Origin: Macrostomum lignano
Taxonomy: Eukaryota
Direction: 5' to 3'
DNA: 64,000 nt
Assembly (NCBI GenBank): GCA_002269645.1
Contig: NIVC01000136.1
Coordinates: 372,001-436,000 of the forward strand
The translations under genes and the position numbers were made by a program. The notes under the pieces are model-generated. The model saw nothing but the letters and a program-made list of their open reading frames with translations. It was not told the origin of the DNA and did not search any database. Below are positions 35,664 to 60,510 of this stretch, piece after piece (within the stretch, counting starts at the first letter, position 1; each line of letters starts with the position of its first letter).

Positions 35664-36648
35664 CGAGGGGTGTCCAAAAAGTAATGATACTTTTAACCAT
35701 ACTTCTTGTTCTATAGCTTCCTGTGATTTAAAATTTTATGAACTGATAGTGGCAAATCTCTTCTATAGACTGCTTTTTGAATTTAAAAAATTGATACCAG
35801 AGAACAAAAGTTATACCCACAAAAGTAATAGTACCTGTACCATAGAGTTACACAAACTATATCAAAATTTATGATAGTCAACTTCTGCACTTATTCATTA
35901 AGAAGGCATTGATAAATGTCTTGTTTAAGCAATACCAAAGCCCAATTGCAAAATTATGCTCACTGTGACTAACTGAAATTTGTCTATGGATAGAATCATG
36001 CGCAGAAAAATAAAGCATTAAATTCATTACTTTACTTGCAAACAGAGGAGCTTGCATTTTGCAATTGATTTCATTGCCCATACTCGACAACACACATGGA
36101 TGTGCACTCAGTTGTTGCTCAGCAAAGTACTATCTTTACTCTTTGGGGTGCTGGCCATAGTGCCTCAGAAATTCACGCAAAACTTTGCTCTGCGCATGGA
36201 TCCTCTGTGGTCAACAAAATGACAGTTTATCGATGGATGGAGCAGTTCAGCGAGGGAAGGACTGACTTGGCAGATCAGCATTGGATGGGGCAGCCATACA
36301 TTCATTGACCTGATGTACTGGTGGACTCCATTCTGAATCTTCTTGACAAGGACTCCCAAATGACCATTAGAGAGATTGCTGACAGGTTGGACAAGCCGAA
36401 ATCAACAATTCATCGAAGCTTACTCGGCATGGATCTCATGAAGCTCAGCCTATAATTTGTGTAACTCTATGATACAGGTACTATTATTTTCATAGGTATA
36501 ACTTTTGTTCTCTGGTATCAATTTTAAAAATTAAAAAAGCAGTCTGTAGAAGAGATTTGCCGCTATCAATTCATAAAATTTTAAATCATAGGAAGCTATA
36601 GAACAAGAGCTACGGTTAAAAGTATCACTACTTTTTGGACACCCCTCG
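35664..36648 (+). mobile_element. Internally deleted mariner (Tc1/mariner) element
   Basis: TA-CGAGGGGTGTCCAAAAAGTA...TACTTTTTGGACACCCCTCG-TA with TIRs of about 155-200 bp. Internal remnant 36096-36450 encodes a mariner HTH-like segment (ASEIHAKLCSAHG...TVYRWMEQFSEGRTDLAD...*...MTIREIADRL); no DDD domain. Confidence 0.85.
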
Positions 36649-36659
36649 TAGTCTTATAG

Positions 36660-39600
36660 GCTTTTAGACTCAGTTATTTCTTTTATATTAACAAACAAAA
36701 CACTTACTACTCATTCAGTCATTGTCATTGCCACTTACAATAGCAATTATCAAAATCAGTCAAGCTTAATGTAGCCTATAGTTGACTTCAGCCAGTTGAT
36801 TACTAGACATGCTAGAATAGACTTAAAGTGCTTATTATGCACCTTTTGCAACATACTATGCTTGGTCAGCCACCTCTGTGCAACTTTGTAGATTGTCTGG
36901 GATATTAATGACACTGCAAGTGGCAAGTGCCAGGCTATTTGCGTACAAAAATCCAGCATTTTAGGCAGCTGAAGTCTGCCCTGCATGCACTAGTAGCCTA
37001 TAGTGCTATATCCTTTTTGTGCCAGAGCTAGAAATACAAAAGCTCTATTCTTGCCAACATAATCAGCAGGGCTAACCATAGACTATAGCTAGAATCTTAA
37101 TGCACCCTTGTGCAAAGCCTTTCTAGCCAAGAAAGAACCATTTTATACTTGGCTTGGACAAATCTTGGTCAAAAAAGCAGTTCAAAGTGCATTTCACTTA
37201 ATGCTGTCTAAATAGATTATGTAGTGTGTATACTTGATATCTAGATATAGGCACTACAGTTCACTTTAAAATCTGCAAACAGAAATTTTTGATAGAAAAA
37301 GCACTGCACCTCGTTAATATGAGTAGTGCATCATTTTATTGAAAAGTAAATCAGCTATAACCATGGACATTTTTGTATACATTGGATTCCAAGACTGATG
37401 ATGTCATCACAGAGAATGCTGAAACCTAGTTCCTGCAAGTTCCATTATAGAAAAGTATGACTTTTTCACCTATTTTTGTATGAACAGTGCTGTTGACCAT
37501 GCTCGACAGGAACAGCTATTATGCAGCATATCATTTTTCTTTTACCATAGACTTCCAAAAATTACCAGCAGTAATGGTTGTTGGCCCATGGTTAGCTCTG
37601 CTGACCATCTAGCAGCTTAAAAATATAGACTCTCCATAATAGCCTCTAGATAGCTTTTGGCTAGGGCCCAGTTAAATAGCACATAGATAGCATGGCAAAA
37701 CTTGCTGTGGATTACACTTTTGGCATACATTGCTGACATAAATGCTACTTTGTCCATGTAAAAATCATTTCTAACAGTGTTGAAGTTTAGTATAAAGATA
37801 AAATCTAGGTCTTTTGGACTTCTATAATATGTTAGCATTTTTAGCTATTGCTTAGCAAGCAAGACATTGTCAAGGACTGCTTGACTTAATATCCTAAAAG
37901 TGACTCTCCAAAAAGATGCCTAGCATCAGTATCACACTAAGAGGGTCTTAATTATATAAGGCCAAATACTATATAGCTTTTTTATTGCTAAGTGAATTTG
38001 TACTAAGTAGGACGTCTAATTCTAGCCTTGTCCCCCTATCTTTGGCAACCTTAATGGAAGCATGAAAACCTAGGCTATAGTAGATTGCTTTGTTTGGTAG
38101 CAAAGTCTTTGTATAGTAAAATTGGCTACTGAGAGCCACCATATAGTTCTTTATGTAGCTAAAGGCTGCATTCAGTTGATATATGCCAAGTGTGGTAGCC
38201 ATTGCCATTCATTTGCTAAGGCATTGTCCAATGGTATCAACTAAGTGCAAAATATCTTCCAAGGGTTTCTAGGCCATAAGCCTATTAGTATCTACTGCCA
38301 CATGCTAGCTTGTTATTAGGGCCATCTCTAAGTCCAAGTTGCTATCATCAATGTTGTACTTTGCTTGTTCAGCCTAAAATATAAAAAGGCAAAATGCATT
38401 GCTAGAAACTATAATGTTACCAAAGTGGTATTGACCTAGAATTAGTGTTAGTAGAATAGAAAAGTTTATTATTAAAAAGCTAGACAACACAAATCACATA
38501 TGGCTAAAAGATTGTATTTGAAAAATGGGACCATTGCAGTCTTCACTTAATGCATTGCTTTATTGGCTCTGATATAAAACTTGCCATGCTAAAGCTTGCT
38601 ATGAAGCCAATTCAACATCAAAACAATATATTGCAAAGTTTTGCAAATGATGACCAAGTTGAGCATGTGAGTGGCATCCTACATGACAATAAAAAAGTAG
38701 TTGTCAATTTTGCCATCTCAATTTCTAATTTGATCTTCTTCTTTGGGTCACGGACATTGTAGCTAGATGTAGCTAATAGGACCGTGTGCATAGCACCATG
38801 CAGTCGGGGCACAGACTCTTTGCGGGCAAACAGTAGACAGTGGAATCCAATTTGCGGCCTGTGGCAGGTGGCCAGAAAGTGAGAGGAGTAGGGGACCCAA
38901 ATCCCAGTACACAGGGCTCCTCTGCAGACCGACTTATGCTGTAAAAACCACCATCCACTGCCAACCCAACGTTGGGAGACAGCTCTCCCCAGCTGCATAC
39001 CTAGAGGTGAGACCAATTTGTCATCCCATCAATGGCAAGGACGCATGGGGCTTTTGCCACATTGGCGGGGTGTCCAGGGGCGCGACGTAGACGCTGGTCT
39101 CGTGCCACCCCTAAGTTGATCTCCTCTTGCTGCTGCAGTGGCATTGGCAATGGCATACTCATTGTCACTATCAGCGTTAGTGGTAGTCATACATGCGCAA
39201 CGTCCAAAATTCGGTCGGCCGTGCGACTTAGTTTTAACAAAAATGCGACGTAGTTTTTGGCCAAAAATGCGACTTACATGTAAAAAAACCCTAAAGCAAA
39301 ATTGACGCAACTTTGGGTAAACGGCGGGAGTAACTATGACTGTCTTATCAGGCAAAAATGCCTCGTCAGCTACTTAGTACTACTGCGTGGGTATTTTTGG
39401 GTGGGCATTTTTGCGACTTCCTTGGTTGGCTGCCAAATCAGTCGGCCGGATCGGCCGACTCGGCCGACTGTTGCGCATGTATGGTGGTAGTGGGTCTAGC
39501 AGTATGAACAATGGCATCCTTTATCCTTAACAATGGTATCCTGCCTGGTACTGGCTTGGTGTCCCTCCTGGAAACCTTTGACACAGACACCAGAGGCGGC

Positions 39601-40780
39601 AGTGTCGTGCCCTTGACTGGATCAATTAGTGAAGAGTCCTTATCTGTGCAAAAATTGGCATAGTTTTCTAGTGGCATTTTTTAGTTTCTGAACAAAAGCT
39701 TTTCTAAGAAATACAGTATTTGTGCATAAAAATAGTTATTACTTCAGTACTTCTTAGGCACTATATCATTAAGCAATATAATATATCATAGTATAGTTAC
39801 ACAGAGTAAAAGCAGTAGAATTTAATTTTCCTATAAATTAATCAAGCCTTACTTGACTTAATTGACTTAGTCAAACTTAATTGACTTTCTAGTCTCTAAC
39901 CACATTATATGCTTTGGAAATAATTAGGCCACAGATTTTTAGTAGCTTGTCTAGCTAGTATTCTAGCTCTTGCCTTGTCTTGTTAGACTGGTTTCAATCT
40001 AGCCATTGGTGAATTTTGTTGCACATATTGATCTCTTTTTGAACTTTGGTATCTTATCCATAAACTTTACATCATTGACACATTATAGCATGTCTTCAAT
40101 ACATGTTAGCAATTGTCTTAGCCTTTTCTGCCTCCAATTGTTCAGCTGTTTTGCAAGGCACCAATGTCATGTTGTATGTAGTAACCAGGGGTTGTTTGAA
40201 AAATCATTGAGTATAGAATAATGATAAGTCTAATATGAGCTAACAAATTCTAACCAAAGTCAAACTCTAACCAGAAAAGTTAACAGATTTGGATATTAAA
40301 TTGATTGAATGCTTGACTATTTATAAAAATAGGATCTAGGATGTTACCTAACTACTATTAAGAAATACTACCTAGAAAGATAGATTAGGCCTAGCACTAG
40401 CAGTATTAAAAATTAGGAGAGTCATATAAAAATATATTATCAAAGTCCACATTATTTATACAATCTGGTTTTGGTGCATTTTTGATATAATGTACATCCA
40501 AAATAGTCAACCTATACCTACATTTTAAAGTAAGAATACAAATTTTCATCATCTTTTTTTTCAACTTTCAACTTTATAAATGTTAATGTATGATGGCAGC
40601 AAAAGTAATCACTATTTGCACCTTGATTTTCAAGTATGCACAGTATATTTTTGCTTTGGTAAAAATTAGCACCCAAATATCTAACAAAAATAAGTATATA
40701 AAATATCAAAACTATGCACTTGAAAATTGCATATACTACCATCAACTAAGTTATTAACTCATAAGAATAGTGAGCACTAG
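36660..40780 (-). pseudogene. Decayed, multi-exon Cys-rich transposase-like gene (possibly CxC/KDZ type)
   Basis: One minus-strand frame from about 38370 to 36760 gives protein-like text with many stops but no obvious frameshift (CQKCNPQQVLPCYLC, FWKSMVKEK*YAA, KVILFYNGTC). Removing the 39188-39483 MITE plus one TSD (304 nt) fuses ORFs 39438-39677 and 39029-39355 in frame, continuing via one TGA into 38618-39016. The family call is tentative. Confidence 0.4.
39188..39483. mobile_element. 296-bp MITE, TIR CATACATGCGCAAC, 8-bp TSD GTGGTAGT
   Basis: Perfect 14-bp TIRs; identical 8-bp flanks at 39180-39187 and 39484-39491; (A)AGTCGCA/TGCGACT subterminal repeats. Confidence 0.85.
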
Positions 40781-40999
40781 AATATTATCATACATGCGCA
40801 ACTGCTGGCCGACCTGGCCGATCCGGCCACCGTAAATCGTGGCTGACCAGGGGTAAGTCGCAAAATTGAGTCAACCAAAAACAGAAAAACACAAGAACCA
40901 AGAAAGGCAAGAGGAAAGCGAAAGAAAGAGCAGTTCAGGGAAAATAATGAAGCAAAAGAAAAACAATTCGCAAAAGAAGCAAACTAAGTTGTAAAAATA

Positions 41000-41890
41000 A
41001 TCAGGTAAGTCGCAAAAAGGATCAGGTAAGTCGCAACAGGAATCAGGTAAGTCGCAAAAGGGTTAGGTAAGTCGCAAAAAGGATTAGGTAAGTCCCAAAA
41101 AGGATTAGGTAAGTCGCAAAAAGGATTAGGTAAGTCGCAAAAGGATCAGCTAAGTCGCAAAAGGATTAGGTAAGTCGCAAAAAGGATTAGGTAAGTCGCA
41201 AAAAGGATTAGGTAAGTCACAAAGGGTTAGGTAAGTCGCAAAAGGATTAAGTAAGTCGCAAAAAGGATTAGGTAAGTCGCAAAAAGGATTAGGTAAGTCG
41301 CAAAAAGGATTAGGTAAGTCACAAAGGGTTAGGTAAGTCGCAAAAGGATTAAATAAGTCGCAAAAAGGATTAGGTAAGTCGCAAAAAGGATTAGGTAAGT
41401 CACAAAGGGTTAGGTAAGTCGCAAAAAGGATTAGCTAAGTCACAAAGGGTTAGGTAAGTCGCAAAAAGGATTAGGTAAGTCGCAAAAAGGATTAGGTAAG
41501 TCGCAAAAAAGATTAGGTAAGTCGCAAAAAGGATTAGGTAAGTCGCAAAAGGGTTAGGTAAGTCGCAAAAGGATTAGGTAAGTCGCAAAAAGGATTAAGT
41601 AAGTCGCAAAAAGGATTAGGTAAGTCGCAAAAAGGATTAGGTAAGTCACAAAGGGTTAGGTAAGTCGCAAAAGGGTTAGGTAAGTCGCAAAAGGATTAGG
41701 TAAGTCGCAAAAAGGATTAAGTAAGTCGCAAAAAGGATTAGGTAAGTCGCAAAAAGGATTAGGTAAGTCACAAAGGGTTAGGTAAGTCGCAAAGGGTTAG
41801 GTAAGTCGCAAAAGGATTAGGTAAGTCGCAAAAAGGATTAAGTAAGTCGCAAAAAGGATTAGGTAAGTCGCAAAAAGAAGCAACTAAGTC
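41000..41890. repeat. 19-21-bp satellite GGTAAGTCGCAAAAAGGATTA expanded from the host element's subterminal repeat
   Basis: The unit contains the same AAGTCGCA motif as the element ends. Confidence 0.9.
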
Positions 41891-42139
41891 GCAATAAGAG
41901 GGAAGTAAGTCACAATCAGAGGCAATCAGGGGGTAGTAGGTGCAAGTGTGGCAGGAGAGCAAAAACAGAATAGAAGCCTTCAACCACAGACAAGATCTTT
42001 GAAATCAGAAGCCCGCGTCATTTCTTAAACTCTGGAGCAGGGGTTGGCAAACTCCGGCTCGCGAAGCCCCTCTATCTGGCCCTCGCCCCTCGGGTTCTTT
42101 GAAACTTCCTAACTACGAGTAGCAAGGTTGGTGTCTCTT

Positions 42140-42800
42140 CAACTCTCATCTCTCTCTTCTTCTCTACCTTGCCTCCCCTCTTCTCTCTCTCCCCCCTTTT
42201 CCCTCTTCTCTCTCCTCTCATTTTTACTCTCCTCTCTTCTCCCCCTTTCTCTCTACCCTTTCTCCTCAATGCCCTCTTCTCTCCTCTTGTCTTCAGCAAA
42301 AATATGTGCATATTTTCTTACTTCAAAGTAGAGGGAATAGAAGATTAGAGATAAGCAAACAGAGGAGAGGCGAGCGATGCGATGGGAGAAAAGATAGAAG
42401 AGGAGAGAAAAGCTGAGGGAGGAAAAAGAGATGAGAGAGAAGAGGAGATGAGAGAAAAGAGGAAAGAAAAGATGATGGATAAGATCAGAAGAGAGGAAAG
42501 AGGAAAGAGGAGAGAGTAGATGAGAGAAGAGAGGATAAAGAGGAGATGAGAGGAGAGTGAAGAGAGGAGAGATGAGAGAGTAGAAAAGAGAGGAGAGATA
42601 AGATGAGAGAGTAGAGTGGAGAGAGACGAGAGGGAAGATAAGATGAGAGAGTAGAGTGGAATGGAGAGAGACAAGAGGAGAGATAAGAATGTAGAGAGGA
42701 GACAGAAGAGATAGGAGAGGAGAGGAAAGAGAGGAGAGAGGAGAGGAAAGAGAGAAGGGATAAGGGATGAGAGAGAAAAGAAAAAGAGGATGAGAAGATT
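42140..42800. repeat. CT-rich then GA-rich low-complexity tract
   Basis: A pyrimidine run (42140-42295) followed by a purine run (42330-42800). Confidence 0.8.
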
Positions 42801-43203
42801 GAGGAATGGAGAGAATTTGCAAAGGCCTCAAATCTTAGTTTAACATGCATTACTCCCATCTTTGCCTTTTTCCTAACTGTTAACAAGTTTTTGTTTGAGC
42901 ATGACTTCAAATTTAGAATCTATGCAAAAATAGTTCCGGGAATTAGAATTCAGTGGTTTAAAAATCTGTGGGTTTTCACAGCTTGTATCTCTACTGGATT
43001 CGTATTCTGCATCTGATGAGCCATCTGAATCAGGGCTCTCATCTTCCATGCCAAATCGTCTAGCAAATCGTTCTTGAGCTATAGGTCACACTGTATTCAC
43101 TTCACTTACTTCTGGACATTCATGAATCATGACTTTTGTAGTATGCTCACTACACTGTACTGACAATTTACCAATTGCTTCATGCCGCCACTAGATGACA
43201 TAC

Positions 43204-46200
43204 CACAGGTAGGAGGAATTCAAGTTAAATGCAAAAAAATTGCCCATAATCGGTTTTTTGCTCATGGGATAGAATTTGTACTCCTGATTCTAAAATGACC
43301 TCCCATGAAATCCTAACTGATTGGGTTCGCGAGAAATGCTCATAATTAAGTTTTTACCATAGATATGAGGCAGTCCAACAAGCAAAACTCGCCATTCAAG
43401 GATAAGTTGAATGTATTTTGTCCAAAACAGTTCTCACCACTGTGAATTCAATTTGTAGTGTGCAATAGTTCAGGCACTATTTCAAAATATATATTTTAAT
43501 TTAAACAGTGAATCAGCAAATTAATAATTATTATCATTATTTACCTATAGAATTTTTAAGATAATGGCTAATCTTTCTAAGTCTAAACCAAAACAGAAAA
43601 CTGTAATGCAATAGATATTGAGCTGTAAATTCAAATAGATTGTCATTGAGCATTTTTAGTTTTACAAGCAATTACAAATGACAGCTATTAAATTGTACCG
43701 TAGCCTGTAGAAGCTGTTGTCCCATCGCTGGGTCACCACTCCGGCGCTTAAAGTTTTGCCATACTTTACTGAAATCATGGTGAGCACTTTCACCAGCCTG
43801 CTCAGAAAATGTGCCCAGGCCTTTGCCATGCAGTCTGCAAAACTCGACCACATGGACGAACACACAGTGAACTTTGGTGTCACTCTAATAGGTAGCTTGC
43901 AGTAGGACTCTCGAAACTGCTGAATCAGCTGTTCATATTCAGGCTGTAGCTTCTCCCCAAAGCAAGCATGTACCACTTCACAGAAGCATCGAAGGGCTTC
44001 ACCAAACTGCTTCAGCTGCTCAGGCAGGATGCTCGTCAGTTCATCAGCTAGTTGCAGGATTGCGTGGCACTGGTTGCCCTCGAATGATCCTCCGCGATAG
44101 TCAGCGCGCCCGATGTTATGGCTTGCAGCCCAGCTGAGTACATGACCTCCGTCAGCTTCAAGCGAGTCGACGATCTTGTTAACAACTCCAATGAGAAGAT
44201 GCAGTTCAGGTGGGGGCAGCTTGTTGAGTATCGGCTCATCTTCTCCACCAGACAAAAGGGGTTTGTTAACACAGCTTTTAAAAAGCTTGGCCGATCGCAA
44301 CTCATTGCCTGCTTCGGAAAAGGCAGCTGCATTCTTTGTTACACTGCCAAATGTGCGCGTCAGACCATCCGCAGTGAATGGAGCCTTTGCCTCGCACCAT
44401 GTACATGGGTACATTGCCGCGTGATTCTGCAAGCCAATCACTATGTTGGCAAGCTTGAGATCACAAGCAACAGTAAACGAAATCGCCTGTAGATTCAGAG
44501 AGTCCAGTAGTAGTTTTACGTTGAGATAAGTCTCACTAACATCAGGAGCAATAGCGATGATCATTAATTTTTTAACACCAGAGTTGAGAAACTGGCGGCT
44601 GCAGGCTAACTTCTTTACTGGCGATGCTGCAGGCTCAGACTCACCGTTCACAGTCAGCACAACTTTCAGAGAGCCTCCTCCACCATCAATTCCAATCTTG
44701 ACAAAGCTGTTCTCGATGCCACGCTCGGTGCAAATATGATTTAGCAAACCTTGAAGATCGGAGCAGATCACGGCTGGCCTTGGTCCCGAAACCTCCTGAG
44801 TCTGTCCAGATGAACGTATGAATGGCAGCTGAACTAACGTGAAGAAGCTTGTTAGGCAGCGGCCTCTCTTCTGCAGCTCTTCACGAAGGTTAGGCTCGAT
44901 CACATGCTGGCCTGCACCTAACCTAAGAATGCTGGCCAGCTTTAGAGTCTGCTTGCTGCTTAAACTAAGGCCGACTTTCAAAGCCGAAATTGTTTCGTGG
45001 CTTATATATCCTTTCCTAGAAACACTTGTTATAGGTTCAGCAGCTGAGCTAGAAGCTACCTTGACTCGAAGAGGTTTACCAGCAGTTTGACTTAGTACAA
45101 TACCACCTGCTGCAGCCTCATTACACTCCTTGATGACTGAGCTAGCCAGCTGGTGCTTGGTAAGAGGAGATATTTTGTCTCGCAAATTCTTTAATTTGGT
45201 TGTTTTATTGCAGCGATGCTCCAGGCCGGGTCCGATCCGTGACATGCAATGCGAGCAGAGTTTTTGAATCGCAGTAGCCTCTGCCACAGCAGGATGACCT
45301 CGGCCTGCTGGTGGACCTGTGGCCAAGTATTTGGTGTCTGGCACTGCACTGCTGCTCCTGTGTGAGCTGGCCAAGCTACACAGCTCACAGTTGCAGTCAG
45401 GGTTGCCACGAGTTGAAGGCGGCAGAGACTGAAGGTCGGTAACTATCTGGTCATACGCCAGTAGGACTGGAATAGGTCGCGAATCTGGGCAGGACAAAGA
45501 CGAAAGCTTCCTTCTGCAGCCATCACATATGCCAGATGGAAGATATTGTCTTTCTACCTTGAAGCCTTCGTACACTGTAGATTGAATTAGTTCAATCTGA
45601 TGCTCCGTCAAAGGGCAATGCGCTCTTCGAAGACACATGGCACACAGTGCCTGGAGATTTTCTTCGTGGTTTCTTTTCTTTGGCATTGTAGATGATGATG
45701 AGTAAAAACAAGAAAATTGTTTGGACAGTTGATCAATTGAAACAAAATATTCTAAAATGCTCTAAATACTCATTTACATCACCATAAATTGAGCAACTGC
45801 TCATGATTTAGGTATAAAGGGATTGATAAAAAATAATGTGCAAATCGTGTGAGTGTGATCACAAGCAAAATTTTGCCTTTTGCCGTTTAATGGTGGCGGG
45901 TTGAATGTACATATTTTTATCAATTATACGTCAGGTGATTTTTTTGCATATTTCATGATCGTGGTGGTAAATAGACTTAGAAGACTGTACAATACTTGTT
46001 ATCTTCTCTAATTTAGAGAATCAAACTTATTTATATAGAAGAGGCCAATTCTTTACGCTAAGAATGTACAGCATAGCATCAGTTGTAACATCGCACACTT
46101 AACAAAGTTGCCTTAAGTTTTTTGTTTTGTTTTACCCTACAAAAAGGATGATTAAACATACATGCACTCAATACAAATTGAATTCACAGTGGTGAGAACT

Positions 46201-46425
46201 GTTTTGGACAAAATACATTCAACTTATCGTTGAATGGCAAGTTTTGCTTGTTGGACTGCCTCTTATCTATGGTAAAAACTTAATTATGAGCATATCTTGC
46301 GAACCCAATCAGTTAGGATTTCATGGGAGGTCATTTTAGAATCAGGGGTACAAATTCTATCCCATGAGCAAAAAACCGATTATGGGCAATTTTTTTGCAT
46401 TTAACTTGAATTCCTCCTACCTGTG
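43204..46425 (-). mobile_element. Chapaev (CMC superfamily) DNA transposon
   Basis: About 255-bp TIRs CACAGGTAGGAGGAATTCAAG...CTTGAATTCCTCCTACCTGTG; 4-bp TSD ATAC (43200-43203, 46426-46429). Confidence 0.88.
43672..45686 (-). CDS. Chapaev transposase with a single 1-nt frameshift near 43871
   Basis: Chapa zinc finger H-x7-C-x2-C...P-x2-I-C-x2-C (HEENLQALCAMC...PSGICDGC); core IGIDGGG, CDLKLANIVIGLQ..YPCTWC, PPPELHLLIG, FEGNQC, TPK. After a 1-nt shift it continues HCVFVHVVEFC..LGTFSEQAGESAHH to a stop at 43672. Confidence 0.88.
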
Positions 46426-47223
46426 ATACTGATTAGCTGTTATAAAAACGCGGAATCTGCACGCAGCACTAATTAGCTGGCGAGGCATTTAGCTTTAAAA
46501 ATATGGTCATAGTTACTCCTGCCGTTTACCTAAAGTTTTTGCTTGGCTCTTTCATAGGTAAGTCGCATTTTTTATCGAAAACTAAGTCGCACGGCCAGCG
46601 TAATTTCAGAAGTTGCGCATGTATGTAGAATATGAACAGATATACAAATAGATAATTTCAAGGTATATGAACAAACCTCAAATATTTTAATACTTTTTTA
46701 ATCCTCTTTAAAAATATCACCTTCAATATTATCCTAAAACCTCAATTGATTATTGAAACTCACATGCTTAGGTGCAACCTAGGGATTCACCCAGCCATTT
46801 CTATTGGCAGCACACACATGCTTGTAAGTTGCTATTGGACAGTATTTTTTCTCTCAGGTATTAACATTTTTTGGGATTTTAAAAGCTTTTTTTTAGCTCT
46901 CAAAAGTAGGATTCACAAAAGCCTAAGCCTAATTAATATTATAGCTGTAAATATGGCTGCTATAAAAACTCAATGACAAAATTGGTACCTACAATAGTAG
47001 TTATTGATACACCAATAGAAACAGCTGTAGTTTTACCTATGAATATTCCTATGGTAGGATATTCATTTCAGTGGAACACACTTAATTATCAATAATTTAA
47101 TCAATCCATATTTTACAATTTATGATATCTGAAACATTGAAATTGCTATGACCATAATAATATTTTTATTACCTACTCATCAGCATAATTAACAAAAATG
47201 TATCACTATCCATTTGCACACAG

Positions 47224-59854
<12,631 letters not shown>

Positions 59855-60510
59855 CAGCGTTTGATCAGTTGTGAAGCAGTTTTGCATTGAAAACACTAAA
59901 AATCAGTTGGTCCCAGTGATTCGGCTTGCGTTTTACGACTCATTTAATAAACTCAATGTTGCATTCAGTGTCGGCTGCAATTGTTTATTACCAGTGGCTG
60001 ATGATCATTTTCATAATTATATGATTAAAAACATTTATTATTAAATAAGCAATTTTGTTGCAAAAAGCATTCGTAGAAGTGTATGTGTTCAATTCAATTT
60101 CGCCCAAAGGTTTAGGGTGCCTTCGAGTATCGTAGTTCCAAGTCTATTTTTAAGAATTGACCATGGGTGTTGATCTGCGGATACTTACTGTACACAGGTA
60201 TTCACTCATACAAACGCTCACATTGAGTGTACAGTGGCACCGATGACTTTCTAATCGTCAGGCATTTACACTCTATGTCATGAAGGGTGGGGTGGTTTGG
60301 CCCTTATGAGTGTGAATTGCAAAACAATTGATAAACAATTAGGTATTTATTGGCGGTTACTGTTTAATATTTGATGGTCTTCTCTGTCAATTTTAGGCAT
60401 AAACCTACTAAAAAGTTCTAACAATAGTCAGCTCCAGAAATGCTGTTGGATAATACTGCTGGATAGGTACATTTACATTAGAAATCGTAGTGCTACCAAT
60501 TGCTGCTAAG

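Larger units (their letters stand above)
40789..46625. mobile_element. 5.8-kb element of the same CATACATGCGCAAC-TIR family, inflated by a satellite, a low-complexity tract and a nested Chapaev
   Basis: Both ends are homologous to the MITE ends. TAGAATAT at the right flank (46626-46633) also occurs 3 nt before the left TIR (40778-40785). Confidence 0.75.

Noticed and set aside
42038-42105. hAT/Charlie-like end CAGGGGTTGGCAAAC
   Set aside because: No matching opposite end or TSD found, so it is not reported as an element.
46184-46220. CACAGTG heptamer plus ACAAAATAC nonamer-like motif inside the Chapaev TIR (RSS-like)
   Set aside because: It is internal rather than terminal and the spacer is 16 nt, not 12 or 23; probably coincidental.
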